From assembly GCA_964016885.1 (NCBI GenBank), contig OZ024742.1, positions 10,106,001-10,170,000 on the forward strand: 64,000 nt of DNA. The letters are read 5' to 3'. Made by a program: the position numbers and the translations under genes. The notes under the pieces are model-generated. The model did no database searches and was not told where the DNA came from. It saw only the letters and a program-made list of their open reading frames with translations. This document shows positions 35,442-49,852 of this stretch, one piece after another (the stretch's first letter is position 1; every line of letters begins with the position of its first letter). The DNA comes from Eledone cirrhosa. Taxonomy: Eukaryota.

Positions 35442-36977
35442 CATTCCTCAATATCTATCCAATATAGAGCCATCCTTACAACTAATTCCTCCATATATAT
35501 CCAATGTGAGCCATCCTTACAACTAATTCCTCAATATCTATCCAATGTAGAGCCATCCTTACAACTAACTCCTCAATATCTATCCAATATAGAGCCATCC
35601 TTACAACTATTTCCTCAATATCTATCCAATGTAGAGCCATCCTTACAACTAATTCCTCAATATATATCCAATATAGAGCCATCCTTACAACTAATTCCTC
35701 AATATCTATCCAATATAGAGCCATCCTTACAACTAATTCCTCAATATCTATCCAATGTAGAGCCATCCTTACAACTATTTCCTCAATATATATCCAATAT
35801 AGAGCCATCCTTACAACTATTTCCTCAATATATATCCAATATAGAGCCATCCTTACAACTATTTCCTCAATATATATCCAATATAGAGCCATCCTTACAA
35901 CTATTTCCTCAATATATATCCAATATAGAGCCATCCTTACAACTAATTCCTCAATATATATCCAATGTAGAGCCATCCTTACAACTATTTCCTCAATATA
36001 TATCCAATATAGAGCCATCCTTACAACTAATTCCTCAATATATATCCAATGTAGAGCCATCCTTACAACTATTTCCTCAATATATATCCAATATAGAGCC
36101 ATCCTTACAACTAATTCCTGAATATATATCCAATATAGAGCCATCCTTACAACTATTTCCTCAATATATATCCAATATAGAGCCATCCTTACAACTATTT
36201 CCTCAATATATATCCAATATAGAGCCATCCTTACAACTATTTCCTCAATATCTATCCAATGTGAGCCATCCTTACAACTATTTCCTCAATATATATCCAA
36301 TGTAGAGCCATCCTTACAACTATTTCCTCAATATATATCCAATATAGAGCCATCCTTACAACTAATTCCTCAATATATATCCAATGTAGAGCCATCCTTA
36401 CAACTAATTCCTCAATATATATCCAATATAGAGCCATCCTTACAACTAATTCCTCAATATATATCCAATGTAGAGCCATCCTTACAACTAACTCCTCAAT
36501 ATCTATCCAATATAGAGCCATCCTTACAACTAATTCCTCCATATATATCCAATGTAGAGCCATCATTACAACTATTTCCTCAATATATATCCAATATAGA
36601 GCCATCCTTACAACTAATTCCTCCATATATATCCAATGTAGAGCCATCATTACAACTATTTCCTCAATATATATCCAATATAGAGCCATCCTTACAACTA
36701 TTTCCTCAATATCTATCCAATATAGAGCCATCCTTACAACTAATTCCTCCATATATATCCAATGTAGAGCCATCATTACAACTATTTCCTCAATATATAT
36801 CCAATATAGAGCCATCCTTACAACTAATTCCTCCATATATATCCAATGTAGAGCCATCATTACAACTATTTCCTCCATATATATCCAATGTAGAGCCATC
36901 ATTACAACTATTTCCTCAATATCTATCCAATGTAGAGCCATCATTACAACTAATTCCTCAATATATATCCAATGTAG
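35442..36977. repeat. 42-bp minisatellite, ~36 copies
   Basis: Unit GAGCCATCCTTACAACTAWTTCCTCAATATMTATCCAATRTA. Confidence 0.95.
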
Positions 36978-37632
36978 AATATTTATCCAGTGTAGAACCT
37001 CTTATGTCATCCTTACCATTATTTCTTCTATTTCTTCCTTCCCATGTCAATGAAATTATGTTTCACTAAAGAAGAGATAAAGGTTTACTTGACTATATCA
37101 TCACTCTTACCCAATCACCTCTTGGGTCAATAATAAAATCAATATTAATTAAATTTAGGGTGTTGGATTGGAAGAATCGATAGAACAATAAGCATGATCA
37201 TTAGTATTTCCTTACAACAGAAGTCCTACTTATATTTCCAAGTCAAAATATCGATAAAATAAACAACCGGCACGTACTAAAGTAGGTAAAAAATTGGTAA
37301 AGTGTCCTTAATTCTTGCCTAAAATTAATGTATTACCACTGACCTTCTTATCGAGTTAGCCCTAGCCCTGTGACCAGCCAATGTCACCCTATTTTACACA
37401 CACACTCCATATTGCCATTTCGTTTTTTTTTCTTTTTACTTCTTTTTTTCCTATTTCTTCTTCACTTTCTCCGTTTATTCTCTCTTCTTTCTTTCTCTGC
37501 TTCCTCTTCTCTTTATTTCCCGTCCCTCCTCTTATTCCCCTTAAATATGAGACGCTGTTCTGACGAATGTTAGAAAGGGGTTACTTTCAGAAAGTACCCG
37601 AGCTTGCGCTCAACTCTCTACTTCACTAATAA

Positions 37633-37684
<52 letters not shown>

Positions 37685-38631
37685 GTGTACACACACAAAT
37701 ATATATATATATATGTACATTCACACACAGGTATATACATATGTACATACACACACAAATATATATATATGTGTACATACACACACAAATATATACATAT
37801 ATATGTATACCTACATACAAAAACATATATCCATAAATATGTGTATGTGTATGTAGTCTCTACGTGTTGCGTATGCGTATACGTATGTATTTATATGTGC
37901 ATAAAATTATGTATATAATTATTGATAAGATAGGATAGGAGAGTTTGTGAATGTGATACAATATGAAACGGTGCCAAACCTAAATGTTAGCAGATGATAT
38001 TTTCAACGGAGTCGGAAAATTAATGATTCGCTATGACTTTGTGTCGTTATAAGAGTTACAAAAGCAAGGTGATAGATAATATAATATAATATAATATAAT
38101 ATGATATAATATAATATAATGTAATATAATGCAATGTACGAGGAGATAAGATAGGATAAAATGAGATAAGAAATTATATAGAAACATATATAATTTCATT
38201 GAGCTCAGATTAAGAAGTGAATAAAAGTCAATAATGTTAAAAGATTGGAATGTTAGAAGATGAATTGATATATATATATATATAGTTATACTTGGGGAGG
38301 GTCATATTTGTGTAATATTGCCAGAATTACGCAACACGTAGAGACTACATACAAATACACATATAAAAAACCTCGCAAAACTAATTCATCACCGTTATAT
38401 ATATATATATATTTATATATATACATTTCGTTTCTGAATTTGTTTAGCAAGATTCTTTATCTGAAATCGTGTGTTGAAACCGATATTGTTATACTTTGGG
38501 AGGGTCATGTTGCCAATAAGAAACACACGCACCAGTTGCCAATTTATTATAATAAATTTATAATAAATTTATGAATTTATAAATTTCTGGTTGGTTGGTT
38601 GGTTCCATAACCAGATAGTTGTTTATATATT

Positions 38632-38674
38632 GTCATAGTTCTTTCGTCATACACTCTGTGACCTCTTCAGTGAC
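38632..38674 (-). ncRNA. Minimal hammerhead in the 3' UTR of the GIY-YIG PLE
   Basis: GTCA-CTGAAGA-[G GTCA..TGAC]-GAAA-GAAC-TA^TGAC. Confidence 0.6.
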
Positions 38675-38875
38675 TGGGGATTCCTTTCTTTGTTTTTGTG
38701 CCTCTCCTTTGTTCTGTCCTACGCCATTTTGTTTCTGTGTGTGTGTTGTGTGCTCAGTCTGCGCATGCGACACATCCGGGTGTCTGTGTTTGTTTATGTT
38801 CATTTATTTATTTGTTTATTTACATGTTACTGGTTGGTTGTTTGTTCTATGTATGTGTGTGTTTTCATTTTGTCC

Positions 38876-39270
38876 TTAATTGTAAGTTGTGATGTTGCTG
38901 TTCCACTGATATTTTCTATTTAATTTTGGTTGTAATTCTTTTATGTTTATTGCCTCTGTGATTTGTCTAAACATTGCATCTTTTCTGTGTGTAGATTCTA
39001 TTTTTATTTCCATGTTCTCTAATTTACCCTTATGTTCTATTTTAGCATGTTGGTAGAGTACAGATGATTCTTTATTATCTTGAAGGTCTCGCCAGTGTTC
39101 ATTTATCCGTTCCCCTACACTACGAGCTGTCTCACCTATGTACACTATATTTTTGTCTCTACATTGTCCTTCACTACATCTTATGCTATACACTACATTT
39201 CTAGTTTTACAGTGATTACAGTTATTACAGGGGCTTATTTTATAGGTTATACATTTCTTATCTATACATG
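38876..39270 (-). pseudogene. GIY-YIG endonuclease domain of the PLE
   Basis: VVY-x-I-x-C ... YIGET-x-R ... R-I-N-E-H ... E ... LN motifs; frameshift upstream near 39290. Confidence 0.8.
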
Positions 39271-39538
39271 AGGGTCTTTGAAAAGGGTATGTCTTGCTAA
39301 TAAGTGTTTTACGGAGGTACCTGGTCTTTCTACTATCTTAATATTGAGTTTATGTTTATCTAGGGCCCTTCTAAATTTGTAAGCTAATTCACCTCTAGGG
39401 GTTATATCGATGAACATTACACTCTGGTATTTATTGCTATCATACCATGAGTTTATTCTATTAGCCTTGTTCCTAGTTCTTTCTATTCTATCTATTCTAT
39501 AGATAAATAAGAAATGTATAACCTGTAAAATAAGCCCC

Positions 39539-42500
39539 AGAGAGAGGGAGTGTGTGAGAGAGTGTGTGTGAGAGAGAGTGTGTGAGAGAGTGTGTGTGAG
39601 AGAGAGTGTGTGAGAGAGTGTGTGTGAGAGAGATTGTGTGAGAGAGTGTGTGAGAGAGAGTGTGTGAAAGAGAGTGTGTGTAAGAGAGTGTGTGAGAGAG
39701 AGTGTGTGTGAGAGAGAGTGTGTGAGAGAGAGTGTGTGAGAGAGTGTGTGAGAGAGAGAGAGTGTGTGAGAGAGAGTGTGTGAGAGAGTGTGTGTGTGGG
39801 AGAGTGTGTGTGTGAGAGAGTCTTGGTGGGAGAGAGTATGTGTGAGAAGGAGTGTGTGAGAGAGTGTGTGAGAGAGAGAGTGTGTGAAAGAGTGTGTGTG
39901 AGAGAGAGTGTGTGAAAGAGAGTGTGTGTGAGAGAGTGTGTGAGAGAGAGTGTGTGTGAGAGAGAGTGTGTGAGAGAGAGTGTGTGAAAGAGAGTGTGTG
40001 TGAGAGAGAGTGTGTGTGAGAGAGAGTGTGTGAAAGAGAGTGTGTGTGAGAGAGAGTGTGTGTGAGAGAGAGTGTGTGTGAGAGAGAGAGTGTGTGTGCG
40101 TGAAAGAGTGTGTGAAAGAGAGTGTGTGAAAGAGAATGTGTGTGAGAGAGAGTTTGTGAGAGAGAGTGTGTGTGAGAAAGAGTATCTGAGAGAGAGTGTG
40201 TGAGAGAGGCAGTGTGTGATAGAGTGTGTGAGAGAGAGAGTGTGTGAGAGAGAGTGTGTGAAAGAGAGTGTGAGAGAGAGAGTGTCTGAGAGAGGGAGTG
40301 TGTGTGAGAGAGAGTGTGTGTGAAAGAGAGTGTGTGTGAGAGAGAATTGTGTGAAAGAGAGTGTGTTGGAGAGAGTGTGTGTGTGTGTGAGAGAGTGTGC
40401 GTGAGAGATAGTGTGTGAGAGAGAGAGTGTGTGAAAGAGAGTGTGTGTGAGGGAGAATTGTGTGAAAGAGAGTGTGTGTGAGAGAGTGTGAGTGTGAGAG
40501 AGAGTGTGTGAGAGAGAGTGTGTGTGAGAGAGAGTGTGTGTGAGAGAGAGTGTGTGTGCGTGAAAGAGTGTGTGAAAGAGAGTGTGTGAAAGAGAGTGTG
40601 TGTGAGAGAGAGTGTGTGAGAGAGAGAGTGTGTGAGAGAGTGTGTGAGAGAGAGTGTGTGTGAGAGAGAGTGTGTGTGAGAGAGAGAGAGTGTGAGAGAG
40701 AGAGTGTGAGAGAGAGTGTGTGAGAGAGAGTGTGTGAGAGGGAGTGTGTGAGAGAGTGTGTGAGAGAGTGTGTGAAAGAGAGTGTGTGTGAGAGAGAGCG
40801 TGTGAGCGAGAGTGTGTGAGAGAGGGAGTGTGTGAGAGAGTGTGTGTGAGAGAGAGTGTGTGCGAGAGTGTGTGTGAGAGAGAGTGTGTGAGAGAGTGTG
40901 TGAGAGAGGGAGTGTGAGAGAGTGTGTGTGAGAGAGAGTGTGTGAGAGAGTGTGTGAGAGAGGCAGTGTGTGAGAGAGTGTGTGAGAAAGAGAGAGAGTG
41001 TGTGAGAGAGAGTGTGTGAGAGAGTGTGTGTGAGAGAAAGTGTGTGAGAGAGTGTGTGTGAGAGAGAGTGTGTGAGAGAGTGTGTGAGAGAGAGGGAGTG
41101 TGTGAGAGAGTGTGTGTGAGAGAGAGTGTGTGAGAGAGTGTGTGAGAGAGAGAGTGTGTGAGAGAGTGTGTGAGAGAGGGAGTGTGAGAGAGTGTGTGTG
41201 AGAGAGAGTGTGTGAGAGAGTGTGTGAGAGAGGCAGTGTGTGAGAGAGTGTGTGAGAGAGAGAGAGTGTGTGAGAGAGAGTGTGTGAGAGAGAGTGTGTG
41301 AGAGAGTGTGTGTGAGAGAAAGTGTGTGAGAGAGTGTGTGTGAGAGAGAGTGTGTGAGAGAGTGTGTGAGAGAGAGTGTGTGAGAGAGTGTGTGTGAGAC
41401 AGAGTGTGTGAGAGAGAGTGTGTGTGAGAGAGAGTGTGTGAGAGAGAGTGTGTGAGAGAGTGTGTGTGTGAGAGAGTGTGTGTGTGAGAGAGTCTGTGTG
41501 GGAGAGAGTATGTGTGAGAAGGAGTGTGTGAGAGAGTGTGTGAGAGAGAGTGTGTGAAAGAGTGTGTGTGAGAGAGAGTGTGTGAAAGAGAGTGTGTGAA
41601 AGAGAGTGTGTGTGAGAGAGAGTGTGTCAGAGAGAGTGTGTGAGAGAGAGTGTGTGAGAGAGTGTGTGAGAGAGAGAGAGTGTGTGAGAGAGAGTGTGTG
41701 TGAGAGAGAGTGTGTGTGAGAGAGTCTGTGTGGGAGAGAGTATGTGTGAGAGGGAGTGTGTGAGAGAGTGTGTGAGAGAGAGTGTGTGAGAGAGAGTGTG
41801 TGAAAGAGTGTGTGTGAGAGAGAGTGTGTGAAAGAGAGTGTGTGTGAGAGAGAGTGTGTGTGAGAGGCAGTGTGTGTGAGAGAGGGTGTGAGAGAGAGAC
41901 TGTGTGAGAGAGGATGTGTGTGAGAGAGTGTGTGTGAGAGAGAGTGTGTGAGAGAGAGTGTGTGAAAGAGAGTGTGTGTGAGAGAGTCTGTGTGTGAGAG
42001 AGTGTGTGAAAGAGAGTGTGTGTGAGAGAGAGTGTGTGAGAGAGTGTGTGTGAAAGAGAATGTGTGTGAGAGAGAGTGTGTGTGTGAGAGAGAGTGTGTG
42101 AAAGAGAGTGTGTGCGAGAGACAGTGTGTGAAAGAGAGTGTGTATGAGAAAGAGTGAGAGAGAGAGAGGGGTTAAGAGAGTGTGTGAAAGAGAGTGTGTG
42201 TGAGAGAGAGTTGTGAGAGAGTGTGTGTGAGAGAGAGTGTGTGTGCGTGAAAGAGTGTGTGAAAGAGAGTGTGTGTGAGAGAGAGTGTGTGAGAGAGAGT
42301 GTGTGTGAGAGAGAGTGTGTGAGAGAGTGTGTGTGAAAGAGAGTGTGTGTGAGAGAGAGTGTGTGTGAGAGAGAGTGTGTGAAAGAGAGTGTGTGCGAGA
42401 GACAGTGTGTGAAAGAGAGTGTGTATGAGAGAGAGTGAGAGAGAGAGAGATGGGTTAAGAGAGTGTGTGAAAGAGAGTGTGTGTGAGAGAGTGTGGTGAG

Positions 42501-43795
42501 AGAGTGTGTATGAAAGAGAGTGTGTGTGAGAGAGAGTTTGTGAGAGAGTGTGTGTGAGAGAGAGTGTGTGTGCGTGAAAGAGTGTGTGAAAGAGAGTGTG
42601 TGAGAGAGAGAGTTTATGAGAGAGAGTGTGTGTGAGAAAGAGTATCTGAGAGAGAGTGTGTGAGAGAGGCAGTGTGTGATAGAGTGTGTGAGAGAGAGAG
42701 TGTGTGAGAGAGAGAGTGAGTGTGCGTGAAAGAGTGTGTGAAAGAGAGTGTGTGAAAGAGAATGTGTGTGAGAGAGATTTTGTGAGAGAGAGTGTGTGTG
42801 AGAAAGAGTATCTGAGAGAGAGTGTGTGAGAGAGGCAGTGTGTGATAGAGTGTGTGAGAGAGAGAGTGTGTGAGAGAGAGAGTGTGTGTGCGTGAAAGAG
42901 TGTGTGAAAGAGAGTGTGTGAAAGAGAATGTGTTTGAGAGAGATTTTGTGAGAGAGAGTGTGTGTGAGAAAGAGTATCTGAGAGAGAGTGTGTGAGAGAG
43001 GCAGTGTGTGATAGAGTGTGTGAGAGAGAGAGTGTGTGAGAGGGAGAGTGTGTGTGCGTGAAAGAGTGTGTGAAAGAGAGTGTGTGAAAGAGAATGTGTG
43101 TGAGAGAGAGTTTGTGAGAGAGAGTGTGTGGAAAGAGTATCTGAGAGAGAGTGTGTGAGAGAGGCAGTGTGTGATAGAGTGTGCGAGAGAGAGAGTGTGT
43201 GAGAGAGAGTGTGTGAAAGAGAGTGTGAGAGAGAGAGTGTCTGAGAGAGGGAGTGTGTGTGAGAGAGAGTGTGAATGAAAGAGAGTGTGTGTGAGAGAGA
43301 ATTGTGTGAAAGAGAGTGTGTTGGAGAGAGTGTGTGTGTGCGTGAGAGAGTGTGCGTGTGAGATAGTGTGTGAGAGAGAGAGTGTGTGAAAGAGAGTGTG
43401 TGTGAGGGAGAATTGTGTGAAAGAGAGTGTGTGTGAGAGAGTGTGTGTGTGAGAGAGAGTGTGTGAGAGAGAGTGTGTGTGAGAGAGAGTGTGTGAGAGA
43501 GAGAGTGTGTGTGTGTGAAAGAGTGTGTGAAAGAGAGTGTGTGAAAGAGAGTGTGTGTGTGAGAGAGTGTGTGTGAGAGAGTGTGTGTGTGAGAGAGTGT
43601 GTGTGTGAGAGAGTGTGTGTGAGAGAGTGTGTGTGAGAGAGAGAGTGTGTGAAAGAGAGTGTGTGCGAGAGAGAGTGTGTGAAAGAGAGTGTGTGTGAGA
43701 GAGAGAGTGAGAGAGAGAGGGGTGAGAGAGCGAGTGTTTGTGAGAGTGAGTGTTTGTGAGAGAGAGTGTGTGAGAGAGAGTGTGTGTGAGAGTGA
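39539..43795. repeat. 4.2-kb compound (GA)n(GT)m satellite with higher-order repeats
   Basis: Alternating GA/GT blocks with recurring markers (GAGTATCTGAG, GGCAGTGTGTGATAG). Confidence 0.95.
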
Positions 43796-44079
43796 TAGAC
43801 GTACAGAAAGATGGAGTTGACAAAGGGAGCTACACTTTAGCAATGGATGTAAACTTTGAGCAGCGTAACAGGCGACGAAATATATTGATTCTATTAGGAT
43901 AACTCAACATACTCAGGTGCAAATGGAGCTTCAAGTAGAAAATACAGAAACAATTGCGAACTGTTCTATTTTAGCACCATGTTAGACTTTCTACAGATTG
44001 TAATGATTCGATAGAATTCGAGAATAGAGAGCTAAATAGCTAAATATACAAATACATATATATATATATATATATATAT

Positions 44080-44279
44080 AACGAAGGAAATGTGGTAAGG
44101 AACCAGGTGGACCATAACGCACCAAAGTACTCAATACTTGAGGTAGTAGAGTGGGTAATAGGAACCAGTAAGACCCCGACAGCTGAGCTCAAGCCGTTTC
44201 GACGGCTAATTCTGGACTAATTGAGTCCAGAATTAGCCGTCGAAACGGCTTGAGCTCAGCTGTCGGGGTCTTACTGGTT

Positions 44280-44284
<5 letters not shown>
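44080..44284. mobile_element. Family A fold-back PLE-type end, copy 2
   Basis: Perfect 61-bp inverted repeat 44158-44218 / 44224-44284; (TA)n on both sides. Confidence 0.7.
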
Positions 44285-44327
<43 letters not shown>

Positions 44328-44398
44328 TATATAAATGCATATATATATATATATATAAATAAATACACATAAATAGATGAATATATAAATGCATAAAC

Positions 44399-44495
<97 letters not shown>

Positions 44496-44921
44496 CATAT
44501 GCATAAACATATATATATATATATTTGTGTGTATATATATATACACAGACACACACACACACATAATTAAATACACATATAAATACATATATAGACAAAT
44601 AAATACATACATATATAAATATATAAAGGAATAAGGTGGAAAAAAAAGAAAATTTAGAAAGTATATTTCTAGGAATGAGACCAAGAAAAGATATAGAGAA
44701 GAATAGAAAGAATATGGAGAAGAAAGCGAAGTTATTAGGATTGAAAAGTGTATAAACCCAGACAAATTGTGATCAATAAATAATAAAGGAAATTGAATGG
44801 TAAAATTTTCTAATATCAATTAAAGAAATGGAGAAAAAATAATTTTGTAAATGACGTTTGAAGACTGGCTGAAAAAATATATACAGCAGTAACAAAAATT
44901 AATATATACAAACACACACAT

Positions 44922-45003
<82 letters not shown>

Positions 45004-45105
45004 TTATATATACATATATATATATACATATATATATGTATATGTGTGTATGTGTGTGTGTGTGTATTTATAGATGATTGTGTCTAATACTTGTATTTAC
45101 ATTAC

Positions 45106-45155
<50 letters not shown>

Positions 45156-45175
45156 CATTGAAAGAGATACAAAGA

Positions 45176-45240
<65 letters not shown>

Positions 45241-46082
45241 AGGAGAGAGAGGGGAGCGAGAGAGTGAGTGAAGCGAATACTCATACACTCATTCATAATT
45301 ATATATATACGTATACATATATATATATATACACAGACATACATGCGTGAATATATGTATGTGTGTATATACGTATGTTTGTACGTCTGTACGTGTGTAT
45401 GTGTCTATATAATTTCGTATATATGTCTATATGTGTGCATGTATGTATGTATGCACGTATATATGTATATATGTGTGTATATATATATATACGGCTGTGT
45501 GGATATTTAGTCAGAGATCGATAAAGAATAAGATAGGTTAATAATTATGAAAGACAAAAACTGAATCACAGATCTTGTAAACACGGAGATGTTATACATG
45601 GAGGATAAACATACACACACACATGCACATATACACATACACATATACATACACATATACACATACACATATACATATACACATACACATATACATACAC
45701 ATATACACATATACATACACACATACACACACACATACACATATACACATACACATATACATACACACATACACATACACATATACATATACACATACAC
45801 ATATACATATACACATACACATACACATATACATATACACATACACATATACATACACATATACACATATACATACACACATACACACACACATACACAT
45901 ATACACATACACATATACATACACATATACACATACACATATACATACACACATACACATACACATATACATACACACATACACATACACATATACATAT
46001 ACACATATACATACACACATACACATACACATACATATATACACATACACACACACACACACACATATACACATACACATAC

Positions 46083-46113
<31 letters not shown>

Positions 46114-47521
46114 TACGCATACACATACACATACAAACATACACATACACATACAAACATACACATATACATATATATATATACTTACACACATACATTC
46201 TCACATACACATACGCACACACATACAAACACGTACATACCAACACATAAACACACACAGACACACATACATACATACATACATACATACATACATACAT
46301 ACATACATACATACATACATACATACATACATACATACCAACACATTCATACCAACACATACATATCAACACATATACACAAACATACACACATACACAT
46401 ACACACAAGCATACCAACACATACACACACAAGTAAATATACATTAAAGACGTTTGGAAAATCGAAAATAACTAGAGAAATATAGGATTATAGAGAAGAG
46501 GTTTGGGAAGAGAAGAAAGTATATACACATAAAACACATATATATATATATATATTTACACACATACACATATACACACAAGGATATATATATATACACA
46601 CATGCCTATATACTCACACACACACATATATATATATACACATATACATACACAAACACACATATATATATATATATACACACATATAACTTTATACACA
46701 CACATACATATATATACATACACTCATGTATATACATATACACACACATGCATAAACATGTGCGTGTATATGTATATGTACATATACATGTATATATACA
46801 TATACATGTACATATACATTTATATATACATATACATGTACATATACATGTATATGTACATGTATATGTACATGTATATGTATATGTACATATACATGTA
46901 TATGCACATGTATATATACATGTACATATACACGTATATGTACATGTATAAGTACATGTACATATACATGTATATGTACATGTATATGTTCATATATATG
47001 TACATATACATGTACGTATACATGTATATGTACATGTATATGTATATGTACATGTACATGTATATGTTCATGTACATATACATGTACATGTACATGTATA
47101 TGTACATGTACATGTATATGTTCATGTACATATACATGTATATGTACATGTATATGTTCATGTACATATACATGTATATGTATATTTACATGTATATGTA
47201 CAAGTATCTGTACATATATATCCACATATATGTACATATATATGTATGTACATATATATTTTTGTGTGTGTGTGTAGGCGTGTATTGAGAATGAAATAGT
47301 GTGAACGAGGTAGGGTGAGGTGGGAATTGGTGGTAATCCTCCCAGAAATAATCACACATCTTACAATATTCTTTCTCTCCACAATTTTTCACTAATTCTA
47401 TCATGAGTATTAATATATCGCTATATAATATATGACATATAATATGTAGTATATAATGTTTAATGTATAATCTAGATTATACATTATGTGTGGTAGGGCG
47501 TGTATATGTTTATATATATAT

Positions 47522-47605
<84 letters not shown>
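44285..47605. repeat. Microsatellite field: (TA)n, (CACATA)n, (CATA)n, (TACATG)n
   Basis: Directly visible simple repeats with short unique spacers. Confidence 0.9.
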
Positions 47606-47606
<1 letters not shown>

Positions 47607-47639
47607 AAAGTTATATTTAAAATTGTTGGGATACAACAA

Positions 47640-47973
47640 GTAAATATTTTTATAACTGATATAAAGCACTCGACAAGTATTTGGAGTAGATATACGATAT
47701 TAATAAATGGAAACTATATTTATAAAACCATATTTATTTCATTATACATATTTCAGGGATACCAAATTAAATTATGGTATGCCTTCATCAGGATGTCTTC
47801 CAAAAATAATGATTGCATTTTAAAAGGGTACGTCAAAGCTTATTTGTAAAACTGTTATATATTGTATTTTGTCTGATGAAGGCATACCATAATTTAATTT
47901 GGTATCCCTGAAATATGTATAATGAAATAAATATGGTTTTATAAATATAGTTTCCATTTATTAATATCGTATA
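47640..47973. mobile_element. Family D fold-back PLE-type end
   Basis: ~101-bp inverted repeat 47691-47791 / 47873-47973, each arm starting at CTGATGA. Confidence 0.7.
47865..47929 (+). ncRNA. Type I hammerhead ribozyme
   Basis: TATTTTGT-CTGATGA-[AGGCATACCA..TGGTATCCCT]-GAAA-TATGTA-TA^ATGAAATA; stem I has two G-U pairs. Confidence 0.7.
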
Positions 47974-48109
47974 TATATATATATAGAATAGCTTCTACAG
48001 GAGTAGATCTGTTTCATTCGTAGAAGCTCTTCTATATTAAAACATTTATACACTGCTATGTATTGAGTACCTTACTCTAATGTCGTTACCTCCGATTCAA
48101 CCCAGAAAG

Positions 48110-49069
48110 AATCTTCGCAGATGATTCCATGCTCCAAAGGGTCATCAATGAGGTGGGTGACCGGACTTGCCTCCAGTCAGACCTACTGGCTGTTATCCAA
48201 TGGGCAGAGATGAATAATATGCTGTTGAATGAGGATAAGTTTGAATTAATCCACTTTGGAAAAAGGATGCCCTGAAACTACCATACTCTCTTCCTTTGGG
48301 TGAAACTCTAGTGGCATCCAATAACATCAGAGTCCTGGGAGTAATTGTGGACAACAACATAAGCTGGGCCACTCATATAAACAGCAAAGTTGATATGGCC
48401 CGCAGAATGTGTTCCTGGATTCTCAGAATTTTCCTGTCGAGAGATATCCACACTGTTATCCTTCTCTTCTCCAAATTTGCCCGACCCCACCTTAAATACT
48501 GTTGTCCACTGTGGTCTCCCCGCACGAAATTAAGTATCATGAAAGTTGAAGCAGCTCAAAGGTCAATTACAAAACAGATAGATGGCATGACAGGCCTTGA
48601 CTATTGGAGTCGATTAGAAAAGCTCAACCTCTCCAACGTCAACGTGAGCGCTACATTATCTGCATGATGTGGAAAATATTCCATCAGCGTTGCCCAAATT
48701 ATGTTGGCATCACCTTTAATGTACACCCAAGGCTTGGGCCCCGTGCTATCCGCCCACGACAAAAATCTCATTCGCATCTCATTACAAAAATACGACATAA
48801 TTATTTCACCTCAATTGGCCCTGCTCTCTTTAACATTACACCAAAATACATCAAAGCAGCAACAGACCCCATCAAGTTCAAGAAGTCTTTGGATAAATTC
48901 CTTCAAGAAATCCCAGATAAACCTCCTACACCCGGATATGCCTCCGTAAACAATAACTCTCTGCTCGAGTGGGCCATGTTGCCCAAACACTGATTTATAA
49001 GACTTCGCCAGGTGGTGCTATTAAGTTAGACATGGCCTGGGCCAATACTGGCCGAAACCTATCAAAGTT
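48110..49069 (+). mobile_element. 5'-truncated CR1-group LINE (RT C-terminal half, frameshifted)
   Basis: IFADDS..CLQSDL..QWAEMNNMLLNEDKFELIHFG, LGVIVDNNISW, RPHLKYCCPLWSP, LQRQRERY; ends in (TA)n. Confidence 0.8.
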
Positions 49070-49092
49070 ATATATATATATATATATATATG

Positions 49093-49180
<88 letters not shown>

Positions 49181-49346
49181 TATCCTGGCTTGAATCGGGG
49201 GTAACAACAGTAAGTAAGGTACTCAATATATAGCAGAGTATAAATATTTAATATAGAAATGGCTTCTACAGGACTAGAACTGTTCCATTCGAAGGAAAAA
49301 CTTCTAGTCCTGTAGAAGCCATTTCTATATTAGATAAATAAATATA

Positions 49347-49670
49347 TATTCAAAACAACAAACAGCGGAGGACGCGTTTCGCACCTGTCCGACAGACAAC
49401 CTTTACCCCGGAAAAAAAAACCCCACTTGATGGATGTGAATCCGAAATATATAGGGACTATTAAATCTCTCCCAAGGTAACTCTCTCTTGTGTTGTTATT
49501 TTTATTTTATCCTTTATACTCTTCCCTTCTTTCTTCTACACATTTACACGTCTTTACACACCACGCATCTAAACGTACACCCACTTACATCTCTCTCTCC
49601 ACCACCGGATCTTGTTACCCGGAGATTTACCCAATTGCATTGTCGAGGCTTCCAAACGACTTAAAGATAT
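49347..49670 (+). repeat. Upstream direct copy (pseudo-LTR) of the PLE 3' end at 51715-52031
   Basis: ATTCAAAACAACAAACAGCGGAGG...TTCCAAACGACTTAAAGAT present twice in the same orientation. Confidence 0.8.
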
Positions 49671-49776
49671 TTAAATATATATATATATATATATATATTT
49701 CATTTCTGAATTTGTTTAGCAAGATTCTTTATCTGTGCGTGTGTTTCTTATTGGCAACATGACCCTCCTAAAGCAT

Positions 49777-49838
<62 letters not shown>

Positions 49839-49852
49839 GTATTGAAAATAAT

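Larger units (their letters stand above)
38585..39538 (-). mobile_element. Penelope-like element 3' fragment (Cys linker + GIY-YIG + 3' UTR)
   Basis: CIDKKCIT..CNHCKTRNVVYSIRC...YIGETARSVGERINEH...RQITEAINI..PKLN; short inverted copy of the linker at ~39500-39538. Confidence 0.8.

Noticed and set aside
35394-36944. Repeat-protein ORFs on both strands and a CRISPR-like appearance
   Set aside because: 42-bp tandem minisatellite without unique spacers or cas genes; open frames follow from the unit length being a multiple of 3 and are broken by indels
39492-43843. 1443-aa and 409-aa His/Thr/Leu/Ser ORFs
   Set aside because: Translation of a (TC)/(AC) satellite that cannot form stop codons; no evidence of coding
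44189-47849. Many YI/CV/HT-rich ORFs
   Set aside because: Microsatellite translations
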